Source of the DNA: Parcubacteria group bacterium Greene0416_39
GTDB lineage: Bacteria; Patescibacteriota; Minisyncoccia; Minisyncoccales; UBA10102
NCBI GenBank assembly: GCA_007375675.1
Contig: VMEU01000006.1
Coordinates: 1 to 62,220, forward strand
Reading direction: 5' to 3'
Length of the DNA: 62,220 bases
The position numbers and the translations under genes were made by a program. The number at the start of each line of letters is the position of its first letter. The stretch's first letter is position 1. The notes under the pieces are model-generated. The model had not been told where the DNA came from. It ran no database searches and saw only the letters and a list, made by a program, of their open reading frames with translations. Positions 39,224-48,584 of this stretch are shown piece by piece.

Positions 39224-39322
39224 GGCCAGAGACAACTGCTTGTCTCTGGCGGGCATTTTAGCGAACCCTCCGTGGTGAGCGTTAAAAAATGCCCAGGGGT
39301 TCACCGAAGGTGAACTACCTTG

Positions 39323-39393
39323 AGCGAGTGAGGGGAATCGAACCCCTGTTTCAACCTTGGGAAGGTCGTGTTCTGCCATTGAACCACACTCGC
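39323..39393 (-). tRNA. tRNA-Gly(CCC)
   Basis: GCGAGTG...TTCCCAA...GGTTCGATTCC...CACTCGCT. Confidence 0.95.
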
Positions 39394-39397
39394 ATTG

Positions 39398-39772
39398 CTA
39401 TTTGGAGAACCAGGCGAAAGGATTCCACCAGGGTTTTTTCTTTGGGGGCTGGTTTACTTGAGTCTGGGTTTGGGGAGGCAGTATCGTAATCACCTGTTCT
39501 CCTGGTTTTTGGTATAAGCCCTGCTCTCGCAATATCTTTTCCTGGTATTCTGGGGTCTGATTCTCTGTGATTGCAGCCTGCAACTGTATTCCCTCTTGAG
39601 TCAACCTCATAATTTCAGCTTGAAGCTCTCTCGTTTTTTTAAGAAGTTCTGAACGCTTCTGGAAAAGCTTTGTATTCTGGTACACAAAAAATCCTCCTAT
39701 ACCAACAAAAAGCGCAAGGAACACAAACCAAACAAAAACGTTGGAAGAATGCTGTTTTTTGCGAAATTCCAT
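39398..39772 (-). CDS. Septum formation initiator (FtsB/DivIC family)
   Basis: TM, coiled coil, EKILREQGLYQKPGE. Confidence 0.85.
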   Translation of the reverse strand: MEFRKKQHSSNVFVWFVFLALFVGIGGFFVYQNTKLFQKRSELLKKTRELQAEIMRLTQEGIQLQAAITENQTPEYQEKILREQGLYQKPGEQVITILPPQTQTQVNQPPKKKPWWNPFAWFSK

Positions 39773-39793
39773 AGGTTCTGCTAAACTAAACGT

Positions 39794-39889
39794 ATGCAAC
39801 AAAAAGGCATCTTTCGCGTCATCTGGATTATTCTTGTATCTCTCGTTGCCCTAAGCACGGTCGGCTTTCTCCTCGCGCCTCTATTCTAG
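39794..39889 (+). CDS. 31-aa single-TM microprotein
   Basis: MQQKGIFRVIWIILVSLVALSTVGFLLAPLF fills the gap; TG.TAAACT -10 box just upstream. Confidence 0.55.
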   Translation: MQQKGIFRVIWIILVSLVALSTVGFLLAPLF

Positions 39890-39896
39890 CTGATTT

Positions 39897-41708
39897 CTAG
39901 GAGCGGAACAAGTTCAAAAAAACTCTGGCTGGAATAATAACCTTGCCTTTTGCTTTCAGCTCTTTTTTGCCTTTCTTTTGAATCTCCAGCAATTTCTTTT
40001 TTCTCGTTACGTCTCCTCCATACAAAGGAGCTGTCACGTCTTTTCTTTGCGCGTGGATCGTTTCTCTCGCAATGATTCTTCCTTCTGCCAAGGCCTGAAG
40101 CGCAACGTCAAAAAGCTGGGGAGGCAAACTTTCTTTGAGCTTCTCCACCATTGTTTTCCCAATAGAATATGCTCTATCTTTTGGCACAATGGTTGCCAAC
40201 GCCTCTTCCCTTGCCCCTGCAACCAGAAACTCAAGCTTCACCAAATCCCCCTTTCTCTCCCCTATCAACTCATAGTCCATAGAAGCCATGCCAGACGTTG
40301 CGCTCTTCAACCTGTCGTAAAAGCCCCCTATAACCTCCCGCAAAGGAGTTTCTTTTGTGAACACCGCTTTGTTGTCTGCAATATTCTGCACCTCAAACTG
40401 GGTGCCTGAAACGAGCTGCAAAAGATGAGAAACTTCTTGAAAGAAATGTAAGGGAGTTAAAACTTCAAGTTTTGCCCAGGGCTCATAGGTTTCTTTAATT
40501 TCAGAATCTTGAGGCCAGTCAACAGCGCTGCGCAAGCGCGCTTTTCTTCCTTTATTGTCCACTAGGGTAATTTCCACCACAGGCTGAGAAATGACAAGCT
40601 CAATGTGGAATTCTCGCTGAAGCCGTTCTGCAATGATTTCAGAATGCAGCACTCCAAGAAACCCGCAACGGAATCCTCGCCCGAGCGCCTCTTTCACCTC
40701 CACTTCAAAAGAAAAGGAAGGGTCGTTCAAGCGAAGTTTTGAAAGAGCATCCTTGAGAAGATCAAACTCATTTGGATTTGCAGGATAAAAACTCACAAAC
40801 ACCACCGGCTTTGGAATGGTAAACCCCGGCAAGGCAAGATTTGCCCAGTCATCCGACTGGGCACCCCGTCGGATGACGGGGTGGATTTTTACTACAGTAT
40901 CTCCAATGCGAACCGATTCTGGCTCTTTGACTCCTGTTGCAATATACCCTATCTCCCCTGCGCCCAATACCTGACAAGGAGTCTCTTGAGGAAAAAACAC
41001 TCCCACCTCTTTGGCTGTACATGAAATCCCGGTTCCAAGCAAAGAAATAAGGTCGTCTTTTTTTACGCTCCCTTCCACGACTCTGACAAACGCAACAACA
41101 CCCTTGAACGTATCGAATCTTGAATCGAAGATGAGCGCGCGAAATGGCTTTCCATCTTCGTCTTTGGGAGCTGGGATCTTTTCAACCACTCCTTTGAGCA
41201 AATCAGGAATATTTGTGCCTTCTTTTGCAGAAATACGCCACACGTCTTTCTCGGAAACTGAAAGAAGTAAAGCTACTTCTTTGACCACTTCGTCGGTTCT
41301 TGCCTGTGGCAGGTCAATTTTGTTCACCGCAGGAAGAATCACAAGATTCTGCTTTTTTGCAAGGTTTACATGGGCAAATGTCTGCGCCTGAATCCCTTTT
41401 GTGGCGTCAACCAAGAGAATGACGCCTTCCACTGCAGCCAAAGATCTTGAAACTTCATACGAAAAATCCGCATGGCCCGGAGTATCAATAAGATTTAAGA
41501 TATAGTCCTTGTAATACATGCGCACAGGCTGTAGCTTAATAGTAATTCCACGCTCACGCTCAAGCTCCATCTGGTCTAAAAACTGTTCTCGCATTTTACG
41601 CTTTTCAACAGAGCCGGTGAGATCCAAAAAACGGTCAGCCAAGGTAGACTTCCCGTGGTCAACATGAGCAATGATGGAAAAATTACGTATGTTGCTAACG
41701 GGGCTCAT
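39897..41708 (-). CDS. lepA: Elongation factor 4
   Basis: IRNFSIIAHVDHGKSTLADR, GFRCGFLG, YGGDVTRK. Confidence 0.97.
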   Translation of the reverse strand: MSPVSNIRNFSIIAHVDHGKSTLADRFLDLTGSVEKRKMREQFLDQMELERERGITIKLQPVRMYYKDYILNLIDTPGHADFSYEVSRSLAAVEGVILLVDATKGIQAQTFAHVNLAKKQNLVILPAVNKIDLPQARTDEVVKEVALLLSVSEKDVWRISAKEGTNIPDLLKGVVEKIPAPKDEDGKPFRALIFDSRFDTFKGVVAFVRVVEGSVKKDDLISLLGTGISCTAKEVGVFFPQETPCQVLGAGEIGYIATGVKEPESVRIGDTVVKIHPVIRRGAQSDDWANLALPGFTIPKPVVFVSFYPANPNEFDLLKDALSKLRLNDPSFSFEVEVKEALGRGFRCGFLGVLHSEIIAERLQREFHIELVISQPVVEITLVDNKGRKARLRSAVDWPQDSEIKETYEPWAKLEVLTPLHFFQEVSHLLQLVSGTQFEVQNIADNKAVFTKETPLREVIGGFYDRLKSATSGMASMDYELIGERKGDLVKLEFLVAGAREEALATIVPKDRAYSIGKTMVEKLKESLPPQLFDVALQALAEGRIIARETIHAQRKDVTAPLYGGDVTRKKKLLEIQKKGKKELKAKGKVIIPARVFLNLFRS

Positions 41709-43260
41709 CGTGGGAAAACTGAGTTTTAAAGGAAGAAAAAAATTCTTTCAGCTCTTGTGATTTCAACAGGAAGGAAGACACAACAAACACTCCTGCAGCG
41801 CCAAGTCCAGCAAAAACGAGCTGGAACAATGCCCCTTGTTTTTGGAATATGGAAAGAAGCAACACGCAGGCAATACTAAAGAGAACCGAGGAAAGAATTG
41901 GTTTCTTTAATCCTTGCAATAATTCCATCCAAGAAAAAACAGAGCGTCTCTGCAAAAACAAAAGTAAACCGAGGCACTGCCCAATGCTTGAGAGCGCGTA
42001 CGCTAAAGGCAAACTTTGAATACCAAGATTCGTTCCTTTGATCAATAAAACTGCCGAAGCAATATTAACCGCAACTCCTCCAAGACTTACAAGCGTGGGA
42101 ATCTTGGTGTTCTGCAAAGAAAAGAACGTTCTCACAAGTAAGGGGATTAAGACCTGGAAGGGAATGCTCAGCGCGAACGTAGCTAGAAGCAAAGACGTAA
42201 GGTCCGCGTTCTCTTGAGTGAACTTTCCTGTGCGAAAGAGAACCTGGATAATGGGTGAGCTGGAGAAGAACAAGAACAGGGCTATAGGAAGCGCAAAAAA
42301 TACTATCTGGCGGAATATTGAAGAGAATGTTTTCTGAAACTCTTTTGTGTTGTTTTCAGAAAATGCGCGAGTCAAACTCGGAAACACGGCGAGAGCAAAT
42401 GAAATCCCGATAAGGCCCACAGGAAACATCTGCGCTCTGTTTGCAAAGTTAAGAACAGCAAGGCTCCCTACAAACAACGTGGAGGATAACGCGTTCATCA
42501 CAATAGGATTGAAAAAGACTCCGGCTGCTCCTATGATTCGGGGCAAGGCAAGCTTGAATACTTCTTGCAGCCCGGGGTGTGAAAACTCGAGAATTGGCTT
42601 CCAGCGAAATCCCGTGGCAAGCACTGCAGACAACTGCACTAAGGCGTGAAGCAAAGCTCCCAACACCACGCCCATAACAATACCCCATATGCCAAACACA
42701 GGGCTTAAAAACAAAATGCCCAAAATAATTCCTATGTTGTATGCCAAAGGAGCAAGAGCGTATGCTAAAAATCTGTTAAAATAATGCAGCACAGAAGAAA
42801 ACACCGAAGAAAGCGCAAAGAACAAAGGACTCAAAAACATAATTCTCATTAAGCCCGTTGTGAGGTCAAGTTTTTCTTGAGGAAACCCAGGAGCAATGGC
42901 ATGCACCAAAACAGGGGCAAGAAAAAATAGGACGAGAGAAAAAACGCCCAGGGCCAGAAGCGCTGCGTTGAGAAGGTTGTTCGCAAAGCGCCAAGCTTCT
43001 TCTTTGCTCTTGTGCACATACTCAGAAAACACAGGCAAAAAGGAAGCTGCAAGCCCTCCCATAACAAGAATGCCATAGAGAAAATCAGGAATGCCAAACG
43101 CGGCAAGGTAGGCGTCGAGTTCGTCTCCTGCTCCAAAACGCGAGGCCAGCAGACGCTCTCTCACAAACGCAAGCAAGCTGCTCAACAAGGCGGAACCAGC
43201 GAGAATGACGGCCGCGAACGTAACCGTCTTGCTCTGAGAATGAAGAATTCCTGAGATCAT
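41695..43260 (-). CDS. murJ: Lipid II flippase MurJ
   Basis: RE..A..FGA, F.IPD, FLPV, RTFFS...TKIP; ~14 TMs. Confidence 0.93.
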   Translation of the reverse strand: MISGILHSQSKTVTFAAVILAGSALLSSLLAFVRERLLASRFGAGDELDAYLAAFGIPDFLYGILVMGGLAASFLPVFSEYVHKSKEEAWRFANNLLNAALLALGVFSLVLFFLAPVLVHAIAPGFPQEKLDLTTGLMRIMFLSPLFFALSSVFSSVLHYFNRFLAYALAPLAYNIGIILGILFLSPVFGIWGIVMGVVLGALLHALVQLSAVLATGFRWKPILEFSHPGLQEVFKLALPRIIGAAGVFFNPIVMNALSSTLFVGSLAVLNFANRAQMFPVGLIGISFALAVFPSLTRAFSENNTKEFQKTFSSIFRQIVFFALPIALFLFFSSSPIIQVLFRTGKFTQENADLTSLLLATFALSIPFQVLIPLLVRTFFSLQNTKIPTLVSLGGVAVNIASAVLLIKGTNLGIQSLPLAYALSSIGQCLGLLLFLQRRSVFSWMELLQGLKKPILSSVLFSIACVLLLSIFQKQGALFQLVFAGLGAAGVFVVSSFLLKSQELKEFFSSFKTQFSHDEPR

Positions 43261-43321
43261 TACCTCCCTATTCTATCATAAAACAAACCCCCCACCACTT
43301 TTGAAAAAGTGGTGGGGGGAA

Positions 43322-43644
43322 AAGCAGGCAATAAGCCGAATTCTGTCGAGGGCAATCATCTATCTGTTCTCGATGTTACCATCGGAATCAAGCGAGTTAC
43401 TTTGCCAAGAGCTCCACATGAAAAGCGAACCTCCTGGTTTACTCTTGCGCCCTACAGGGATTTAGCCGTTTCACTTCCACGATCTTGCGATCGGGACATC
43501 GTCACTGTTCGCACCCCTCGCCTCACGGCGGCCGGGCATTACCCGGAGTAGTTGACCCTGCACCCTACGTGGTACAGGGGAGTGTTCGGACTTTCCTCCC
43601 CCACTACTCATAGATGAGCGTGAGAGCGACTGCCTTGCCTGCTT
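43322..43644 (-). ncRNA. rnpB: RNase P RNA
   Basis: GAGGAAAGTCCG and ACAGAATTCGGCTTA conserved regions; paired termini; downstream hairpin 43288-43319. Confidence 0.95.
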
Positions 43645-43658
43645 GTATAATTAATGTA

Positions 43659-44630
43659 TCAATACCCTGCGGTTTTGTCAATAAGATTTGGCAGGCGCTC
43701 CCCTTTCAAGTATGCCTGAAGATTCAGGCAAAACAGATCAACCGCCCTATCCATGTACTTTTCTGAAATGCCAGAATGATGAGGGGTAATGACAACATTG
43801 TCCATATCCCACAAAGGGCTGTCTTTTGGCAAAGGTTCTTGTTCTGTTACATCCAGGGCTGCCCCGCCAATCTTCTTCTCTTTGAGCGCCTTTATCAAAG
43901 CCTGCTCATCCACCACCCCTCCCCTTCCAATGTTCAAAAGCACTGCATGAGGCTGCATTGCGCTCAATCTATTTTGATTTATAAAATGATGGGTGTCTTT
44001 GGTATAAGGCAGGCAAAGTACCACAAAGTCTGCCTTGCCAAGAAACTCGGGGAGCGCTTCTATTGTTCCCAACTCTTGCACAAACTCTGGTTTTTCTACC
44101 CCTGGAGTGTCTACTGCAACAACCCGCGCCCCAAAAGAGGCGGCAAGGCGGGCAGCCTCCCTGCCAATGTGCCCCAAGCCAACTATCAGTATGATTTTGT
44201 CTCGGAGTTCTGTTAGGGTATCTATCCTCTGCCATTTCTTTTGCTGCTGCTGTTCAAAGCTTTCTTTGAGCTTTCTGGTAAACGTCAAAAGAAAAGCAAT
44301 AATGTGCTCTGCAATGGGGGTTGCGTGAATGCCAGCAGAATTGCTGGCAAGAACCAAAGAGTTTACCAATTCTGGAGTAAGCACCCTATCCATGCCAGCT
44401 GAAAAAGAATGCACCCATTTCAAGTTCTTTGCCTGAGACAGATCCGGTATGGACTTTGGAATCCCAACCATAACTTCAGCATCTGCAACATGCCTTTCTA
44501 TCTCCGAGATATTAGAAGCAGCAACAACCCGAAGGTCAATGTCGGAGCTGACAGAACGGATCTTTGCCAGATGCTCTTTGGTTACGTTGCACAAAGGCCT
44601 TTCTTCTGGCGTTATAAAAAGTATTTTCAT
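43659..44630 (-). CDS. D-2-hydroxyacid dehydrogenase family
   Basis: GLGHIG, NIGRG, LDV.E.EPL, ITPH. Confidence 0.93.
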   Translation of the reverse strand: MKILFITPEERPLCNVTKEHLAKIRSVSSDIDLRVVAASNISEIERHVADAEVMVGIPKSIPDLSQAKNLKWVHSFSAGMDRVLTPELVNSLVLASNSAGIHATPIAEHIIAFLLTFTRKLKESFEQQQQKKWQRIDTLTELRDKIILIVGLGHIGREAARLAASFGARVVAVDTPGVEKPEFVQELGTIEALPEFLGKADFVVLCLPYTKDTHHFINQNRLSAMQPHAVLLNIGRGGVVDEQALIKALKEKKIGGAALDVTEQEPLPKDSPLWDMDNVVITPHHSGISEKYMDRAVDLFCLNLQAYLKGERLPNLIDKTAGY

Positions 44631-44645
44631 CCCGTTAGAGATACT

Positions 44646-44936
44646 TCATTGAGAAAATGTAAAGAAATATTGTTTCCCAACCTTTCCATTTTTCACATCG
44701 ATTCCGTCTTTCTTGAGCAATTTCTCTTTTGTCGCAAGCCCTCCTTTCCCGCTGTATCCGCACAATCTTCCATCAAAGCCAACCACCTTATAGCAAGGAT
44801 AATGCACAGGATCGGGATTACTTGCCATAATCCTTCCAATAGCCCTTGGAGAAGTGCGGCACACCCTGGCAAGTTCCTTATAGGTTGCAACCTTACCTTT
44901 TGGAATCTTTTTGAGCAATAAGATTGCTTTGTGCAT
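44646..44936 (-). CDS. O6-alkylguanine alkyltransferase (MGMT-family) DNA-binding domain protein
   Basis: IPKGKVATY, RAIG, PCYKV (PCHRV-like), GYSG. Confidence 0.88.
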   Translation of the reverse strand: MHKAILLLKKIPKGKVATYKELARVCRTSPRAIGRIMASNPDPVHYPCYKVVGFDGRLCGYSGKGGLATKEKLLKKDGIDVKNGKVGKQYFFTFSQ

Positions 44937-44961
44937 AAAAATCTTCAGGATAACAGCCCTC

Positions 44962-44990
44962 TTGACGGGCACCGATCCCTCATATAGAAT
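44962..44990 (+). promoter_or_regulatory. Sigma70 promoter convergent on the second NYN gene
   Basis: TTGACG-17 bp-TAGAAT. Confidence 0.7.
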
Positions 44991-44995
44991 AGAAA

Positions 44996-45041
44996 TACCA
45001 AACGTGGGGCGGATATTTCGTATGTCCGTCCCTTTACTTTT
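44996..45041 (+). ncRNA. Candidate small RNA ending at the NYN stop
   Basis: Hairpin GGGGCGGATAT...ATGTCCGTCCC plus TTTACTTTT directly after the promoter. Confidence 0.5.
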
Positions 45042-45681
45042 CCTCAAACTTAATTTCATTCTCCAAGCGGACAAAATCCCGAAAGTTGCTGCCAGCAAAC
45101 TGCCGCAATTCCTTTGCCGTCCTCGGCCCCCTAGCCAAAATAAGCACATCTTTCCCAGTTTCTTTCAGGTACTTGAGCACGGGCAGAAAGTCGCCATCCC
45201 CAGAAAGGATTATCGCCCTATCAAAATTATCCTTTTCTTTCATAAGATGAAAAGCCATATCCACGTCGCAATTCGCTTTCCTTTTTGTGCTTCCATCATC
45301 TTGATCGTATAACTTTACCGGCTTGAGGAATAGTTTGTATCCAAACTCCTGCAGCCGTAAGTAGAATCGAACTCGCCGTAGGTGACGATCCAGCAATAAA
45401 AGCTTTGCTTCGGTAAACGCGCTTCCTTTTCGAGCAATTAAACCTTGGAGATAACCAGCCAGTTCCCCTACTGGAACGGAGTTGTTTTGAAGGTAATTAT
45501 AGGGAAAGTCATAAATTTCCACTCCGCCAAAATAAAATGCTTCAGAAGTATCATACTTCTTCCGTAGGTAATGCAAAAGCTTTTCATAATCAATACTCCA
45601 CCCCAAACTCTTCACGCCTCCGTAAAACAGGTTCGAGGCGTCTATAAACGCGTATGTTCGTTTTGGGTTTTTAGAATTCAT
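45034..45681 (-). CDS. NYN-domain putative RNase
   Basis: AFIDASNL, KANCDVDM, SGDGDF. Confidence 0.92.
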   Translation of the reverse strand: MNSKNPKRTYAFIDASNLFYGGVKSLGWSIDYEKLLHYLRKKYDTSEAFYFGGVEIYDFPYNYLQNNSVPVGELAGYLQGLIARKGSAFTEAKLLLLDRHLRRVRFYLRLQEFGYKLFLKPVKLYDQDDGSTKRKANCDVDMAFHLMKEKDNFDRAIILSGDGDFLPVLKYLKETGKDVLILARGPRTAKELRQFAGSNFRDFVRLENEIKFEEK

Positions 45682-46634
45682 AGAGTAGTAATTGGCCTCG
45701 CCTGAAGAATATAGAACTGACTGTTTTCAAAGCCCCATTCAATATCTTGAGGATACTTACAGTGATTTTCTATTTTCATACAGATATCTGCAAGAGCAAG
45801 GACTTGTTTATCAGTTAATTTCTGTTTTCCTTGTTTTGCTTTTGGAACCGGTACTTCTTTGGTGCCCTTCGTATTCCTAATAATCATAGTTTCTTGGCGC
45901 GAGATATTCTTGTCAAGAATAGTAGTAGGCTTCCCTTGGGTGTACTTGTGAATGATGTAGGTATCAGGAGTAATTTTGCCTCCCACAATTGCCTCGCCCA
46001 AACCATACCCTGCCTCAATAACCATTTGGCCCTTATCTTTGGTAACTGGATGCACGGTAAAACAAATCCCTGAAACCTCTGACTGAATCATTTTTTGCAC
46101 CACCACAGCCACAGACACTGGTTTTTTGTGGAGGCTTTTCTCAAATCTATAAAAAATAGCTCGCGGAGTAAAAAGCGAGGACCAGCATTTCTTTACTGAC
46201 TCTAACAGATTTTCTTTTGTTACATTGAGGTAGCTTTCGAGTTCGCCGGCCCAGGAAGCGACAGAAGAATCTTCTGCTGTTGCAGAGGAACGTACCGCAA
46301 CATACTTTGCCCCCAGTTTTGAATACTCTTTGAGAATCTTTTCTCCCAAGTCCCGGGGGAATTCTGCATCAGAAATGAGCTCTCGTATTTCGTTGGAAGC
46401 TCTATCTACCGAGTTTATATCTTTGTAATTTACCTCGTGCATTTTTGCCTCTATTTCTGGGTCTAAATCAGTATCGGCAAGAAACTTGTCAAAGACAGAC
46501 GCAAGAACCACAAAACCAGGGGGCACTGGAAACCCTGCCCTTGTCATTTCTCCAAGCGACGCACCCTTGCCCCCTGCAATAAATATATCTTTTGCGCTGA
46601 TTTTCTCAAAGCGAAGAATAACTTCTCTGTTCAT
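45678..46634 (-). CDS. PEP/pyruvate-binding ATP-grasp domain protein (PEP synthase N-terminal half)
   Basis: GGKGASLGE, VAVRSSATAED, GLGEAIV, DIEW, ILQARPITT. Confidence 0.92.
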   Translation of the reverse strand: MNREVILRFEKISAKDIFIAGGKGASLGEMTRAGFPVPPGFVVLASVFDKFLADTDLDPEIEAKMHEVNYKDINSVDRASNEIRELISDAEFPRDLGEKILKEYSKLGAKYVAVRSSATAEDSSVASWAGELESYLNVTKENLLESVKKCWSSLFTPRAIFYRFEKSLHKKPVSVAVVVQKMIQSEVSGICFTVHPVTKDKGQMVIEAGYGLGEAIVGGKITPDTYIIHKYTQGKPTTILDKNISRQETMIIRNTKGTKEVPVPKAKQGKQKLTDKQVLALADICMKIENHCKYPQDIEWGFENSQFYILQARPITTL

Positions 46635-46641
46635 TTAGCGT

Positions 46642-48048
46642 TTAGAGTATCGTTACTATTCCTTTATTTGCATTTACTTCAACCATATCTCCGTCTTTTA
46701 GTACTTGAGTGGCTATTTTTGTATTCACAACACAAGGAATTTTTAGCTCACGAGAAATTATAGCAGCGTGCGATGTGATCCCGCCAGAATCTGTGACTAT
46801 AGCTTTGCATCGGCGAATTGCCAACATCAAATCAGGATGTGTAGTTGGCGCAACCAAAATGTCCCCAAAATTAACTTTCCCTATGTCTTTTCTTCCCTTA
46901 ACAATTTTTGCTAATCCTTTTACAATGCCTAAAGATGCAACAATACCAGAAATTGTACTTACTTTTCCTAATGTAGTATTCTTATCAACAATTATTTTAA
47001 TTTTTTGAAAAATTTTCTTTCCATAAAAGAACGCAACCTTCCCACCAATCTGCGCCATCACTCGATACTTTTTCCTCACTTCTAAAGCATCCTTCGTAAG
47101 CTTTATGCTTTTTACCACTAAATTCTCCAATTCTTCAAATGAATAATATGAAAGATCGGAAAAGCTAATATTAAAACGTTCTGATAAGTCTTCACTCATT
47201 AAATAGTCTAACTTTGCAGAAAGATCAGCGGCATAGTTGTCAAGAAAGATATGCCTATGAACTAGTTTGAAAAAATAGATATCCTCTTTACTTAATAGTT
47301 TTTTTGTTGTTTGTGGTAATTTGCTTACTTTATTTGGAGCTTTAATTGGTATGCTATAGAGCCTATCGAAAAAGTCTCTAATAGTGTAAGGCTGCGTATC
47401 GAGATCCAATGCTGTTAAATATTGATAGTGCTTACAATGGGCACTGAATAATTTCTTAATATCATTCGTAACATCCTCAAAGTTAATTTTTTTACCATTA
47501 TACTTTTTGTAAATTAGCAAACAGATTTTTCGAAGCTCGTCTTCTTCCTTTTGGTATCCAAGTGGGTGTTTAAAGTTAAAGCAATAATCCATTACCTTCT
47601 CTATTTGTTTTTTGCTTAACCCTCGCTTGACTAATCTTTCTTGTACATTTTCGGACAAATGCTCTCCCAAATCAGAATGGAAAATATTCCATAAAATTAG
47701 CTTTCCATGCTTAACTTCTCCTAAAATATATTTATCCACCCTCTTCAGATTTTCTACATTTTTAATTATCTCTTTAACCTGATCTATAGATTTTTCCGTT
47801 TCAAAAATAAGTGTTTTAAGAAATTTAGAACCTTCTTTTACAGCATTTTTTATATCCTCTCCCCATATATCACTCTGTCTGTAAAAATATCGGGTATTTA
47901 GCGCTATTGCATTAAGTCTATGTTTTGAGAGAACCAAGGGAATAGCGCCTTTACTAAAAACTATAAATATCAACTCAGTGTTATACCACTTGTCAAACCA
48001 CTCCTCCCCTCTTTCCCATTGAATTTTACCGATATCTTCTATTCTCAT
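46642..48048 (-). CDS. Protein with C-terminal PEP-utilising phosphohistidine swivel domain
   Basis: GDILVA..T.P, TDSGGITSHAAIISRELKIP; visibly AT-rich. Confidence 0.88.
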   Translation of the reverse strand: MRIEDIGKIQWERGEEWFDKWYNTELIFIVFSKGAIPLVLSKHRLNAIALNTRYFYRQSDIWGEDIKNAVKEGSKFLKTLIFETEKSIDQVKEIIKNVENLKRVDKYILGEVKHGKLILWNIFHSDLGEHLSENVQERLVKRGLSKKQIEKVMDYCFNFKHPLGYQKEEDELRKICLLIYKKYNGKKINFEDVTNDIKKLFSAHCKHYQYLTALDLDTQPYTIRDFFDRLYSIPIKAPNKVSKLPQTTKKLLSKEDIYFFKLVHRHIFLDNYAADLSAKLDYLMSEDLSERFNISFSDLSYYSFEELENLVVKSIKLTKDALEVRKKYRVMAQIGGKVAFFYGKKIFQKIKIIVDKNTTLGKVSTISGIVASLGIVKGLAKIVKGRKDIGKVNFGDILVAPTTHPDLMLAIRRCKAIVTDSGGITSHAAIISRELKIPCVVNTKIATQVLKDGDMVEVNANKGIVTIL

Positions 48049-48083
48049 GATTCTTACATTTGGTATGTTTTGAACGGCCGGTA

Positions 48084-48341
48084 TCAACGATAAATATCTT
48101 TCCGGTGATCAACATCGAAAAACACCGCGGTTTCTGCATCTTTGAAATAGAAAAATACCCGATAGCGACGGGTAATACGAAAGGAAAGTGCGTAGGGAAG
48201 CGTTTTTACCTTCTTGATGTGAAGACGCGGATCTCGCCAATTGCTCAGGAAACGGTCCTTTTGAACAGCATAGAGACGTTGAATCTCGCTAGGGAGTTTC
48301 CGAAACGATTGTTCGAAATCTTCCGTGCGGATTATTTCCAT
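48084..48341 (-). CDS. RelE/ParE-superfamily toxin
   Basis: F..SFRKLP, PRLH.KK, SFRIT..YRV.F, DVDHRKDIY. Confidence 0.82.
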   Translation of the reverse strand: MEIIRTEDFEQSFRKLPSEIQRLYAVQKDRFLSNWRDPRLHIKKVKTLPYALSFRITRRYRVFFYFKDAETAVFFDVDHRKDIYR

Positions 48342-48547
48342 GCAAGAGAAACAGGAGGATGCTGTTTTATCGCCTTCTCATAGAAGCGTTTAACACGGGC
48401 TGGGTGAGCATACTCCTCTAAGTTTTCTTGAGGGAAAAGAAACAGAACCTCGTTTCTGAGAAGACGTATTTCTTTTAAAATAGCCTTGAGTATTATAGAT
48501 GATCCTAAATCGGGTTTATTTTGTTTGTAGGTTTTTACTTGGTTCAT
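48332..48547 (-). CDS. Putative antitoxin
   Basis: Small ORF overlapping the toxin start. Confidence 0.6.
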   Translation of the reverse strand: MNQVKTYKQNKPDLGSSIILKAILKEIRLLRNEVLFLFPQENLEEYAHPARVKRFYEKAIKQHPPVSLAWK

Positions 48548-48584
48548 ACTACTAGCGTAGCATACCGACATCTAACATACAAGC

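Noticed and set aside
39077-39489. ORFs 39077-39379 and 39289-39489
   Set aside because: Overlap tRNA-Gly and the tRNA remnant; typical tRNA shadow translations.
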